A DNA stretch of 63,766 bases, filler included, from Chiloscyllium plagiosum (GCF_004010195.1; 6 parts of one record of this genome joined end to end with filler, not necessarily neighbours in it), one strand, 5' to 3'; counted from the whole stretch's first letter, positions 12,889-25,416 are shown. Notes: generated by a model from the letters alone, not told the origin. A program made the numbers and translations.

Positions 12889-13191
12889 TTGATGTTGACA
12901 TTATGCTCGAGTTTATCTTGATTTATGGAGGAAAATCAGGAAACTAATGTTGAAATTTATAGGATCAACGATGATCCCATTCAATGTCTGAACATACAAG
13001 ACGCTGAATGGAAGCTTCATCATGACAGATATGTTTTCATTATGAATCGCGCTGAAACACAAAGTGGGGAAGATTGGACTGAAGCAGTGGTGGTGATTTT
13101 CTTTCCTGGTTAATTTTTTGAATATGACTGCTATTTCTCCTGTCCATGTTAACATCACAACTCTGAAGCATGATAGCGTGAAAAACACGTG

Positions 13192-13264
13192 GGACAAGTG
13201 GCGCAAAGTCTAACGTCCCTGACTCCAGATCAGAACATTGTAGGTTTCAATCCTCTCCAGCTCG
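13192..13264 (+). tRNA. tRNA pseudogene: Arg(ACG)-like body with CCA anticodon
   Basis: 73 nt aligning without gaps to the vertebrate tRNA-Arg-ACG sequence as I recall it (~54/73 identical); A-box-like TGGCGCAAAGT, anticodon arm CTGA-CTCCAGA-TCAG; acceptor and T stems and B-box damaged. Confidence 0.7.
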
Positions 13265-13499
13265 AGGTTAACGCACGTACATATTACACTTACAACCTAA
13301 TTTTCCTCATTGTTCTGAAGCCGAGATGAAGTTTGAGCTCCTGATATGCAGACACGACAATCTCTTTCAGTACACGTCCCGGAGAACATCACAGTAAATC
13401 TCGCAGTGTCATCTCAAGTGAGGAAGGCCAAATAGTCCAACACACTGCGAATCGGCACTTTTCAATTTCACAGAGCCAACGATCAAATCGCTGCAGCAC

Positions 13500-13599
13500 N
13501 NNNNNNNNNNNNNNNNNNNNNNNNNNNNNNNNNNNNNNNNNNNTTAATTAATTAANNNNNNNNNNNNNNNNNNNNNNNNNNNNNNNNNNNNNNNNNNNN
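13500..13599. other. Artificial scaffold linker N44-TTAATTAATTAA-N44 (also 25317-25416, 34095-34194, 44424-44523, 61802-61901)
   Basis: Identical 100-nt construct five times; TTAATTAATTAA gives stops in all six frames. Confidence 0.97.
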
Positions 13600-13770
13600 G
13601 ACCTGCACATCTTTGGACTGTGGGAGGAAACCGGAGCACCCGGAGGAAACCCACGCAGACACGGGGAGAATGTGCAAACTCCACATAGTCAGTTGCCTGA
13701 GGCGGGAATTGAACCCGGGTCTCTGGCGCTGTGAGGCAGCAGTGCTAACCACCGTGCCACCGTGCCGCCC
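13600..13770 (-). mobile_element. HE1-type tRNA-derived SINE (5' part, young)
   Basis: Reverse complement GGGCGGCACGGTGGCACGGTGGTTAGCACTGCTGCCTCACAGCGCCAGAGACCCGGGTTCAATTCC with A and B boxes; truncated by linker. Confidence 0.9.
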
Positions 13771-13989
13771 CCTTGCTCTCTGCACAAACGGGACGACAGT
13801 TTATGGTGTTCAAGCCATGGAATCATACTGTAGAGCCACAGAATAATAGTCTATTAATATCTCATGAGGAAAATTGGTGGAATTTAAAAGCAACTATTTT
13901 CATTTGCTATGAAAACCCATCTGCTTGGCCCAAGTCCTTTAGGGAAGTAAATGTGTCATTCTTCCCTTGTCAGGTTTCAGTGTGACTTC

Positions 13990-14536
13990 TGTGATTAACA
14001 TGTGGCTGTACTGCACCTTTAAGAGAATTAAGTGTTCTGAAGAATAGATTTAATGTAACATTTGGTCGAACAACTCGATTAACTTACTGTCTCAGGTACA
14101 AGACCGTGGGAAATTGAACAGTTGAGAGGAGAACTGCCAACTTACCAGCATGCAAAGACTGCCTGAAAAATAGCTCTCCTCTCGGTATCTTTATTGATTA
14201 ATAACTGGTAAAGCAGAATCCCAAAGAAGAAAAGAAGATAAGAATATGGAGAAGAACCGAAAGGTTCTTGGTTTTGAGATAAGAAGTTTTGTTTTGTAAA
14301 TCTTAATTAGGAGTCTTATCGGACTAGTATAGTGGGGGATAAAAGATAGGTTAGAGGAAAAAGTTGTAATTAGTCGTTCATCTATTCTTCCCTGTTATAC
14401 TTTCAGAAATAAGGTTGTTAATTTTTACTTTAAATAGTATTGGACTCTAGCATTTTCACAGATTACTGCAGTGGATAAATCTTTTCTCTGTTGCTGGTTT
14501 TCATTTAAGCTAGAGAATTTACCCTATGTTGTAACA
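13990..14536 (+). mobile_element. Solo LTR (Gypsy/ERV-like)
   Basis: TGTGAT...GTAACA termini, 547 bp, flanks CTTC / CTAC (4-bp TSD with one mismatch). Confidence 0.55.
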
Positions 14537-17500
14537 CTACAACCCCACAGAAATGTGCTTTACTCTTTACTGGCCTGTGAAACAGCTGAACCAAACAGTC
14601 AGCTCAAGATCGGCATAACATGCTGCCCTGACCAGGGCTGCATACCTCTTGTGAGAGAAGAACGGAAGTAAAGATAGCTCCCTTCCTCTGTCTGTTTCCC
14701 GTATTCCTACAGCTCATTTCTATTCTGTTAGGTGATCGTCCCTTATTTTAGGTGAATTCAATCTCATTGCAATTTTCCCCGAGAGTGACGCACATCTCCA
14801 TACGCATCTCTGGTGTTTGCTTTATTGATGCTAATGTACAGAAATACGGGAGTTATAAATTCCATGTCAGTTGTGGCGCATAGAAAGGCAATGGCTTTTT
14901 TTGTGGCACAGGAAAGAAACGGCGATGTCTAACTGAGAGAAAAGGGTTATTGTGATCATCCCTGAGAGTGTTGTTGAGGCAGTATTGGGGGTACCGTGGA
15001 TAGACTTTTTCTCAAGTTTCACCAGATTAATCCCTGGGATGATGGCACCATGAGCAGTGAATGAAGCTCAGTGAGTGAATAAGAGGTGATTGCATTGAAC
15101 CTTAAGGGGATGGACAGTCATTAATTACGTTCTAAACAGACACTGCTACGGTGATAAATTCCACGGCTTTTTTTTTTATTCGGGTTACATGATTCACAAT
15201 AGGTTAAGAGACTCTGAGGGTGTTCCCTTCATCCCACCCCCACTCCACATGTTGTTTGAGAGAGACAGAGAGTCAGTCTTTGAATAAACTCTCCCCACAT
15301 TAATACAATGCATTTAGTGTATGATCCTGCACTGAATGTCATATTATCCACAAACCCGACAACAGCCACAATACCTTCATTCTAAAACAGTTAACTAGCC
15401 CCACCAGCTTCTGATGTCCATGGAGAACACGGTCTGTCTTCTCAGAGATGGAAGATGCCTCTCTGAGACTTGACACAAAACATCTGGCTTCCTTCCTCAC
15501 TGCTGCAAACCACGTTAAAGTGTCATGTATCCCATAGGTAATGGAGCCACGAGGAACATTGATTTGTCAGATTGGAGCATCAATGACACCCTCCTGTTCC
15601 TGTATAAGTGTCTCGAGGTGCTGAATGGCCTCCTCCAGTTCCCATTGAACATGTTCATGGGTCTGACTTGGCCATGCCTGTTGCTGTTTAACAGCTTGAT
15701 GTGGTAACCAGACCCCTCTTCTTCCTGTGGAACAGGTGGAGGATTGAATGGGCTGTCCCTCTCTTTGTTCAGTAGTTTCGATGGGCTGCATGGTTTCCAC
15801 ATATCCGTTTCTAACGTGCTTATGATGCTAAATGAGCTCTTCATTTAACTGTGGAAATGTAGAATGTCTGGCCTTAACGACACTTTACCAGCACAAGCCT
15901 GATTGCTGTCCGGGGCTTACTGCACATGGACACAGACTGGTTCAGGAGTTGAGTTGTGACATATTGCTCTGAACATTGGGTGATCTTCAGTGACCATCCC
16001 CATTTCTGTTTTTATGATGAGGAAAGACAGTGAGGAACTAGCTGAAGATCTTTGTTTTGAGGCAGCTGATCTGAGGATTTCCTGCAGAGATGTCCCAGAA
16101 CTGAGAGGATTGTCGGTCACCGAACACAAACAACTTCCTTTGTTCTCTGAAAGACTCCAACCAGTGGGGACGGTACACCTGATTCCCATTAAACTCAAAT
16201 AAGTAGGTGGTCCTGATGCCATCCTTAGTCAAATACTGCCTTGTTATCAAGGCATTCACTCCTTCCTGAGCCCCTGCGTTCACATCTTGTTCATATCAAT
16301 AGATCGTGGTGTATGTGTGGGGAGTGTTAACCTCTCATAGAGTGTAATCAATGCTAGGAATTATCTGGGCTAGAGAGTGAGGAGAGTTACATCACTGAAA
16401 GTATTTAAAGAGGTGGTACATGAATTTTTGACCTGTCAGAGAGCTAAGGGTTGTGAAGAATTGGACATTAAAGACGAATTAATGCCAACAGTATATCAGC
16501 CATGGGGGTATACGATAGCTTGAACATCCGAGTTACCAAATCTTGCTCCTTATGTTCTCATATCCTGTAATTATAAAGTTAATGATTGTAATTTTCCTGA
16601 ACGTTCTGTTATTGAAGGTTGCAGTCAGAGAGAGTAAAGTATTTTGTGAGTCATCTCTGGGTGAGCTAGGTGGGCAGTATTCACAGTGAATCTGGGTCTC
16701 TAACATGACGAACAAATGAAGCACAAGTTGCAGTGAGGAGACACTTTGTAAAGAGACCAGAGGTGTCTTTCGAAACCAGCCTGGTTTTCCAAATAACATT
16801 TTCCAACCGACACCAAACCATGTGTGACAGTCTTGAGGGATTGAATGATATCTTGCGTTACTGTGGACCAGGTGTTTGGAGCAGGTGGCCTCCATCTGCT
16901 ACTTTCAGGCGATGTGAGGAGCTGAATGGAACATAGGAACATAGGACTGAGCAGCACGAGTGGGCCATTAGACACTTTGTCACCGCTCCACCACTCACAA
17001 AGTCCATGGATGATGTGATTGTGGTCTCAGCAGCACTTTTCTGTTTGTACACCATTTTTCTCCATTCACGTGTCTGTCAAATGGTTGAATACAACACAAC
17101 TTTGAACAAATGCAAACATCCAGGCACCCCAAACTTCTGGGGAAGGGAATTTCCACTTCAACAGCCCTTGAGAATTTCTCGTTTGTGTTCCAACCAATGT
17201 TGGAGGGTCACTGTTTCCTTTTCCAGTTCCACTCCTCCACTGGTTACAACAATTTTTTAATGCAACCAGTTCATTGATGTGGCCAATGATATGGGTCTCA
17301 GAGTAGGGCATTTTCTAGAAAGATGTGAGACAGAGAAATTTGAACTCATAACAAATGGTAACATGACAGAGTGCCCCAAGCGTTTCTGCCTTTGAAGTTA
17401 TTCTGCTCACTCAAGCTGCTGGAAATGGGATTTCTTTCTGGAACAGTTGGATGTGGCTGAATTACCGTTGTTTCAGGCAGTGGAGAGATTCCAATGAATC

Positions 17501-17989
17501 CTCACCAGGAATCCTTCAAAAGTGGTAAAGATAACTTATGGATTTTATGGCCTCACAGTTTGCAATCGGGCGGAACAAAGTAAGAGAGAGGGATCAATCA
17601 GCTGCTCCTTCTCAGGCAGGGAACAGTTTTCTCCCTCTCTGTGTTGGAACATACAATAATGTCAATTGAACACCAAACTGGACCATGTGCGACCTCCATA
17701 ACATTCTCTGGAAATGTTCTCTGTATTATGGACTATATGCAAGTGCATCATTGTTCTTGTTGTACACAGCGTCTTTCGATCGCAAATAAATGTTCCCACT
17801 TTATAAATTATTGACAAGCTTTCATGTGTTTGTGTAATTTGTAAATATTGGTAGGTGTCTTCATAGTACATATGTTAATATCAATACATCTTTTTCTTAA
17901 AATTTATTCTCTAGCTTTAGTCTCTCTGACAAGATAAATATGCGTCAAGCTGATGCACTTTTCAGAAAGTCATGGATGGTTCAATAATA

Positions 17990-18376
17990 TTTCCCAGGTA
18001 AGTTCGAAACTGATAATTCCCCCATAATAAAAGGCCCTCATTCCAGGAATGAGTAAAAGGAAACCTCTTTAAAAATCTTCGAAAAGAATTATATCCTTTT
18101 TTTAGTTTCTGGAATCCAAAACGCACGCAGTATACCAGATGTGGTTTCAGCAAGGCCCTGTACAAATGCAGTAAAACATTCCTTCGATTAAATCTGATAC
18201 CCTTTGTTAAAAACAGCACCATTCCACTTATCTTCCAAATCACTTGCTGCATCTGCAGACTGACTTCCTGTGCTCCCTGTTCCATGAACATGGAAACCCA
18301 CTGTATCACAGAGTTCTGCAATCTCTCTCCATTTAAATTGTTTACCATTGTTTTATCCTTCATGCCAAAATTGACA
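17990..18376 (-). mobile_element. CR1 ORF2 C-terminal fragment
   Basis: 'VLLHLYRALLKPHLVYCVRF' in ORF 17962-18363. Confidence 0.8.
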
Positions 18377-18642
18377 ACTCACCTAATGTTCTTACCACTG
18401 CAGGTTTGCTCACTAACCAGTTACAGCTTTGCAACCTGAAAATAAACATTTATTTCTATTCTCTATTCTCTATTTCCAGTGGACTAGTTCAGGCAAGTTG
18501 AATGGCCTCCTCCTGGGCTGTGTAATGTACTCAACGAGCTGAATTACTTCATTCCATATTCCTGTGTAACTCCTTCGAGGGGCAGGATATTCTCCTCCTG
18601 TCTCATTGTAACGATCCTGTTTGACAGATAGGGTGGTCCCCT

Positions 18643-19175
18643 ACCTGTAACAGCATCGAGGGTTAGATTGAGAGAACAACACATGGAGTAGGGGCAGCAA
18701 TATATCACTGTAACAGCCTCGAGTGGTGGATTGAGAGAGCAAAACATGGGGTGGGGGAGTAAGAAATCTCTGTATCAGCCTCGAGGGAGGATAGAGGGAG
18801 CAACACTCTCTGTATCAGCCTCGAGGGAGGATAGAGGGAGCAACACATGGGGAAGTGGCAGCAGTATATCTCTGTAACAGCCTCGTGGGGTGCATTGAGG
18901 CTACAACGCATGGGTTGAGGCTGCAGCATATATCTGTAACAGCATCGAGGAGCGATTTGAGGGAACAACACATGGTGTAGGGACAACAATATATCTCTGT
19001 AACAGCCTCACGGGGTGAATTGAGGGAACAACACATGAAGTCGGGGCAACAGTATATCTCTGTAACAGCCTCGAGGGGTGGATTGAGAGAGTAAAACATG
19101 GGGTGGGGGAGTAGTATATCTCTGCATCAGCCTCGTGGGGTGGATTGAGGGAACAACACATTGGGGTATGGGCAG
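18643..19175. repeat. Minisatellite, ~62-bp unit, ~9 diverged copies
   Basis: Recurrent ATATCTCTGTAACAGCCTCGAGGGGTGGATTGAGGGAACAACACATGG at ~62-bp spacing (one shorter unit). Confidence 0.9.
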
Positions 19176-19547
19176 CTGTTGGTCGTTCAGCTGCACCATT
19201 CAGAATGCTTATGGCTGATCCGAGTGTAACTGAACATCCGCCTCCTGTCTGTTTCCAATAAACATTGACTCTCCTGTTTATCCAAATCAGTCATGCTCAG
19301 CGTTGAATATCTTCAAGAACCGAGTCTTCCCTGCTACCCGAGGATGAGGACACCACAGATAGCACAACGCTAAAGGGACCCGTTATTTTAAACTGTATTA
19401 AACTAACATCAAATCACCACCACTTTTCAGACATAAGGACAGAATAATTAGGAATAAACATAAAGCATTCCAGACTTCAAACATGCCCCACATTCCCACT
19501 AACCCTTTCGAATCAAATATGTATCCAACCCGGCCTCTGCTGCTGTC

Positions 19548-20410
19548 TCAGGAAGAGCATACGGGGGAAATTGTGGTCCTTGAAGAAGGAGGCCATCTGT
19601 GTTGTACGTATTTTGAACTGGTCCTCCTAGGAGCAGATGCGGCGGGGTCGAAGGAATTGGGAGAATGGGATGGCGTTTTTACATGGGGCAGGATGGGAGG
19701 AGGTGTAGTCCAGGTAGCTGTGGGAGTCGGTTGGTTTGTAGTAGATGTCCGTGTTGATTCGGTCGCCTGAGGTAGAAATAGATAGGTCGAGGAAGGGGAG
19801 GGAGGAATGTGAGACTGTCCAGGTGAATTTGAGGTCGGGGTGGAAGGTGTTGGTGAAGTGGATGAACTGTTCAACCTCCTCGTGGGAGCACGAGGCGGCG
19901 CCGATACAGTCATCGGTGTAGCGGAGGAAAAGGTGGGGGGTGGGGCCAGTGTAGTTCGGAAGATGGATTGTTCCACATATCCTACGAAGAGGCAGGCATA
20001 GCTGGGGCCCATGCGGGTGCCCGTGGCTACTCCTTTCGTTTGGAGGAAGTGGGAGGATTGGAAAGAGAAGTTGTTCAGGGTGAGGACTAGTTCAGTCAGT
20101 CGAAGGAGGGTGTCAGTGGAAGGGTACTGTTCGGTACGGCGGGAAAGGAAGAAGCGGAGGGCTTTGAGTCCTTCGTGATGGGGGATGGAGGTGTACAGGG
20201 ACTGGATGTCCATGGTGAAAATAGGGCGTTGGGGACCGGGGAAGCGAAAATCATGGCGCAGGTGGAGGGCATGGGTGGTGTCCCGAACGTAGGTGGGGAG
20301 TTCTTGGACTAAGGGGGACAGGACGGTGTCAAGGTATGCGGAGATGGGTTCGGTGGGGCAGGAGCAGGCGGAGACAATGGGTCGGCCGGGGCAGTCAGGT
20401 TTGTGGATTT
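19548..20410 (-). mobile_element. Penelope-like element reverse transcriptase fragment (frameshifted)
   Basis: KIHKPDCPGRPIVSA...MDIQSLYTSIPH...LNNFSF...QTKGVATGTRMGPSYACLF, then after a frameshift FLRYTDD...LPFLD...YYKPTDSHSYL: PLE RT core and thumb motifs. Confidence 0.92.
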
Positions 20411-20415
20411 CTCCT

Positions 20416-20880
20416 GTATGTGTCTGTATGTGTGTGCATGTGTTTGTGTCTCTGTGAGTGCATATGTGTCTGTGTGTGCATGCGTGTGTTTACGTGTAGA
20501 TACATGTGTGTGTTTGCGTGTGCATCCATGAGCTTGTTATCTGCGTGTTTGTGTGTCTACCTTTGTCTGTCTGTGTATCAGCCTGTGTTTCTTATCTATG
20601 TTTGTGTCTGTTTGTATGTGGAGAAAGTGAGGTCTGCAGATGCTGGAAATCAGAGCTGAAAATGTGTTGCTGGAACAGCGCAGCAGGTCAGGCAGCATCC
20701 AGGGAACAGGAATATCGACGTTTCGGGCATAAGCCCTTCTTCTATTTGTATGTGATTGTATATGTCCCTGTGTGTTTCTACATGTGTGTATGCCTATCTC
20801 CTTATAAGTATTGCGTGTGTTCATATATTGGGATACTTACCAGTACTTCTGTGTTTTTCTGTGTCTGCACCTCTGTGCAG
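20416..20880. repeat. Degenerate (TG)n low-complexity tract interrupted by a Penelope terminal repeat (20621-20742, minus)
   Basis: TG-rich runs; GAGAAAGTGAGGTCTGCAGATGCTGG...ACGTTTCGGGCATAAGCCCTTCTTC insert. Confidence 0.85.
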
Positions 20881-21589
20881 TGAGGTACCTATGATTTGAT
20901 TTGGAAATGAAATGACTGACGTTGGAACATCCAATGGATTGAAATTGAGAATTGCCCTTCACTGAACATTGCTCCTTCCTTGGTTGGTGGGAAGTGAATG
21001 TTTCAGAATCTCGACTCGAGGCATCCCGGTCGTCTCCGGCCACACCATGGCGGGAGGAGGGGGGTGAGGGAAGCGATATCGGGCACTCCACCACCCGGCT
21101 TGGATCTTTCTGTCCTATTCCAGGCTGTTTCTCCTGCATTGCGAGAAAGGTAGGGAGGGAGGAAGGGAGAGTGGGAGTTGGTGACCCTGCTCTTAGTGCC
21201 GGTGTAATTGGGGGGAATTGTGAGGTGTCTGGAAGGAGTCAGTCGACAGTTTGAACCTGTCTCGTATTCGTAGTGTGGGGCTGTTGCGTAGATGAAAGAG
21301 AGGAAGAAAGTTGCTGAATTCAATACTGAGATTAGTCGTGCCTGAGCCTTATTTGGAAATACAGCGTGAACCTTGTTCGGGGGTCGGTGCTATAACAGGT
21401 GTACAGTGATGTGAGGGAGCAGAGAGAATACGGTGACATTTCTCCAGACAGAGCGGGGAGGATATTGTTGCTTGTCCTGAATTGATGGACGTTTCTTCAA
21501 ATCATCTCAGCGTCGAGGTGAGCCTCCCCGAATGTCTTGTTCAAGTCTATCATTAATAACGCCACAGACCCTGTTGCTCAGATTCCACA

Positions 21590-24500
21590 GAATCAGCTCA
21601 GGTAGAGCTTACAAATAACAAGGAGAAGCAAATATTGGTGCGTTATATATCTAAACCAAAACAGTTGCGAAAAATCTGAGTATCATATGCCCTGGAACTT
21701 AGATATGCAAGTATTGTGGATACTGCAATCTTATTGGTTGGTCTCAAGTTGCATCTAAACTGCATTAACTAAGTAATTGCTCATGTGAAAAACAAATTCT
21801 GTGAGTGTATATGACATGAGTTGAAGAGTATGTTGTGAAGCAAAATAGAGAGCAGGTTATTTTGGATTTGGTGTTGTGTGGTCATACGGCTAATTTATAC
21901 CCTTGCTCTGAAGCAGCATTTAAAGAATTGTGGCATTAATAAGGTGCACTTTACATGGTGCCTGTATACAATATAGAATGATTGAATATTCTGGTTAAAC
22001 ATCATGGGAGACTGGAGGCTAGAGGGTCAAGTTAGCTTCAGTGAATTGGGAAAGTACAACATAACATTCAGTGGGAGACAAGCAATGATTGTTAGAGTCT
22101 TAGAGTCCTACAGCACGGAGACATGTTCTTCGGCTCAAACTAGTCTATTCTGACCAAAATGTCCATCTGCGCTAACCCCATTTCCCCGCCATTGCTCCAT
22201 ATCCTTCTAATCCTTCCCTATCCGTGTTTTGTCCAAATGCCTTTTAAATGTTGTTAATGTTCCCGCCTCAACCACTTCCGCTGGCAGCTCATTCCATATG
22301 TGTACCAGCTTGTGGGTAAAACTGTTGTTCCTCAGGCTCTCTTTTATTCTTTCCTCTTTGTCCTTAACTGATGCACTGTAGTCTGTGATTGCCCAACCCT
22401 GGGAAAAAAAGACTGCGTGCATTCACTCGGCCCATGCCTGTCATGATCGTATACACTTCTGTCAGATCCCCCTCAGCCTCTTCCACGCTAAAGTAAAAAG
22501 TCCTAGCTTGTCCAATCTCTCCCTGTAACTCAGACCAGCCTTCTCTATCCTCCTGCAGTGTTCCTGAATATATCTGGTCAAAACCAGGAGATGTTAGAAA
22601 TACTGCAAAGTCTGAAAAATATGTTTATTTATTTCTGGTATAAACACCAAAATGTGAGAAAGTGACTCAACGATGGTTAACATAACAAATTAGAAAATAT
22701 ATCCATCATAGGAAGTGATGTTTGAAGAATTCCAGATATTTCTGAACCTGAAAATTCTCAGAAATTAACGATCCAGAAAAGGAAGGCCATGAAACTGATA
22801 AGGAAATCAAAAAGTGAACCTGCATGCTAACAACAGGAACACAACGATTGCATCAGTCTACAATCTATATTTATGGAAGACTGGAGGCTAGAGGGTCAAG
22901 TTAGCTTCAGTGAATTGGGAAACTACAACATAACATTCAGTGGGAGACAAGCAATGATTGTTAGAGTCTTAGAGTCCTACAGCACGGAGACATGTTCTTT
23001 GGCTCAAACTAGTCTATTCTGACCAAAATGTCCATCCGCGCTAACCCCATTTCCCCGCCATTGCCCCACATCCTTCTAATCCTTCCCTATCCGTGTTTTG
23101 TCCAAATGCCTTTTAAATGTTGTTAATGTTCCCGCCTCAACCACTTCCGCTGGCAGCTCATTCCATATGTGTACCAGCTTGTGGGTAAAACAGTTGTTCC
23201 TCAGGCTCTCTTTTATTCTTTCCTCTTTGTCCTTAAACTGATGCACTCTAGTCTGTGATTGCCCAACCCTGGGAAAGAAAGACTGTGTGCATTCACTCGG
23301 CCCATGCCTGTCATGATCTTATACACTTCTGTCAGATCCCCCTCAGCCTCTTCCACGCTAAAGTAAAAAGGTCCTAGCTTGACCAATCTCTCCCTGTAAC
23401 TCAGACCAGTCTTCTCTATCCTCCTGCAGTGTTCCTGAATATATCTGGTCAGAACCAGGAGATTTTAGAAATACTGCAAAGTCTGAAAAATATGTTTATT
23501 TATTTCTGGTATAAACACCAAAATGTGAGAAAGTGACTCAACGATGGTTAATATAACAAATTAGAAAATATATCCATCATAGGAAGTAATGTTTGAAGAA
23601 TTCCAGATATTTCTGAACCTGAAAATTCTCAGAAATTAACGATCTAGAAAAGGAAGGCCATGAAACTGATAAGGAAATCAAAAAGTGAACCTGCATGCTA
23701 ACAACAGGAACACAACGATTGCATCAGTCTACGATCTATATTTCAAAGGAAACAAAATAAAAGCTTGGTCAAATGTGGAAATTTGTAATCGGGAGAGGAG
23801 AGGTCATTGTGGAGAACAGGCAAATGGCCGAGAAATAGCCAGTTATTTTTACATCTATCTTCATGGAGAATGTTCCAGAAAATCACCCAGTAATACCAAG
23901 TGATCATATCGGCCTTCTGGACCTAAAGACATAAAGTCAATTCATATCAATAACAAGGTAGAACATGGAGCTGGATTGAGCATTGCTAAGTCTGACGAAA
24001 CAGATGGACTTCATATCAAAATGTCAGAAATGCATCACCAATAGTGGTATTGATTTCACTGTTGATGACTGTGTTTTTATTTTCCTGCACATTCTGCAGA
24101 AATTAACAGCATCAATGGAGAGAATCAGTATGAGTTTCCGATAGAGAAATCATACTTGATAAACTTAGGAATTGTATGGAGTTGTTTCTTACAGCATAGA
24201 CAATGGGGAACCACTAGAAGTGGCATATGTTGGATTTTCAGAAATGTTTCTATAAGAACTCAAATCATAAGTTCGTAAATGCAATGATTATGAAGGGTAG
24301 TCGGAGGAATATATGTAAGTGGAAATTTAAAGTTTGGTTCGCCTTCATTTATGAGTATCAGAACATTGATGTAAAGACATGTTGAAGCAGTTTCACAGCG
24401 TGTTGGTGGGACTGTACCTGGAGTATTGTGCACAGTTTTGGTGACCGAATCTCAGAAAGAATATACTGACCACAGAGGATGTGCAATGGGCATGTTCCAG

Positions 24501-24770
24501 ATTAATCCCTCAGATGGCGAGGCTGCCTGATGAAGAAACTCGGCCTATGTTCTCCAGTGCTTCAAAGAATGAGAGGTGGGTCACAGTGAAATTTAGAAAA
24601 TTCACAAAACATTGAACAAGTTGGAAATTAAGAGAACGCTTCCCTAGCTGTCTAATCCTCATTCAAGGCAAATAATGCAATGATCTGGTTCAGGACAGTT
24701 AAGACTGCAATACGGAGGAAATTCTTCACTTGGTAGGGACTTTACGAACACAGGTGCATGGAAACCTGCT
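21590..24770 (+). mobile_element. Old, highly degenerate CR1 ORF2 (endonuclease to RT) with nested minus-strand CR1 3' ends
   Basis: Remnant motifs (ILDLVLC-like, HLEYCAQFW-like at ~24415); nested tails at ~22090-22540 and ~22960-23410; boundaries approximate. Confidence 0.6.
22004..23743. repeat. Tandem duplication, 2 x ~869 bp
   Basis: ATGG(G/A)AGACTGGAGGCTAGAGGG at 22004 and 22873; copies differ by scattered substitutions and 1-bp indels. Confidence 0.95.
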
Positions 24771-25072
24771 GGCAGGGCAAGATTTGGGAGAATCCCCAGA
24801 AAATCTATAAGTGTGTCAAGTGGAACAGAATATCAAGGGAACAGTTAGGACTCATTCGTGACTTGCCAGTTTGCTTCCAAATCAACTTTAGTGATAGGAG
24901 ACAGGAGGTAGTAGTAGAAGGCTGTTTGTGTGACTGAAGGCCAGTGTCCAATGGTGTACCCCGGGGATCAGTTCTGTGTCCCTTATTATGTGTGATTCGG
25001 AGGTGCTGGTGTTGGACTGGGGTGGACAATGTAAAACATCACATAACACCAGCTTATAGTCTAACAGGTTTT

Positions 25073-25293
25073 GGGTGGCACGGTGGCACAGTGGTTAGCA
25101 CTGCTGCCTCACAGCGCCAAAGACCCGGGTTCAATTCCCGCCTCAGGCGACTGACTGTGTGGAGTTTGCACGTTCTCCCCGTGTCTGCGTGGGTTTCCTC
25201 CGGGTGCTCCGGTTTCCTCCCACAGTCCAAAGATGTGCAGGGTCAAGTAAATTGGCCATACTAAATTGCCTGTAGTGTTAGGTAAGGGGTAAA
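25073..25293 (+). mobile_element. HE1-type SINE (young)
   Basis: GGGTGGCACGGTGGCACAGTGGTTAGCACTGCTGCCTCACAGCGCCAAAGACCCGGGTTCAATTCC; near-identical to copy at 13600. Confidence 0.92.
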
Positions 25294-25416
25294 TTAGATT
25301 AGATTAGATTAGATTANNNNNNNNNNNNNNNNNNNNNNNNNNNNNNNNNNNNNNNNNNNNTTAATTAATTAANNNNNNNNNNNNNNNNNNNNNNNNNNNN
25401 NNNNNNNNNNNNNNNN

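Noticed and set aside
12925..13113. 62-aa ATG ORF (MEENQETNVEIY...)
   Set aside because: Short, no recognisable homology or convincing splice boundaries; expected by chance.
13544..13555. Recurrent TTAATTAATTAA palindrome (5 copies)
   Set aside because: Always centred in N44...N44; an artificial six-frame-stop linker, not biology.
17066..17314. Minus-strand acceptor followed by 81-aa ORF (MPYSETHIIGH...)
   Set aside because: Most of the ORF lies in a degenerate CR1 3' end, and it is out of frame with the upstream candidate exon.
18643..19175. Regularly spaced repeats resembling a CRISPR array
   Set aside because: Inter-core segments are similar to one another rather than unique spacers; vertebrate context, no cas genes.
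20336..20883. Cys/Val-rich hydrophobic ORFs
   Set aside because: Translation of (TG)n low-complexity sequence.
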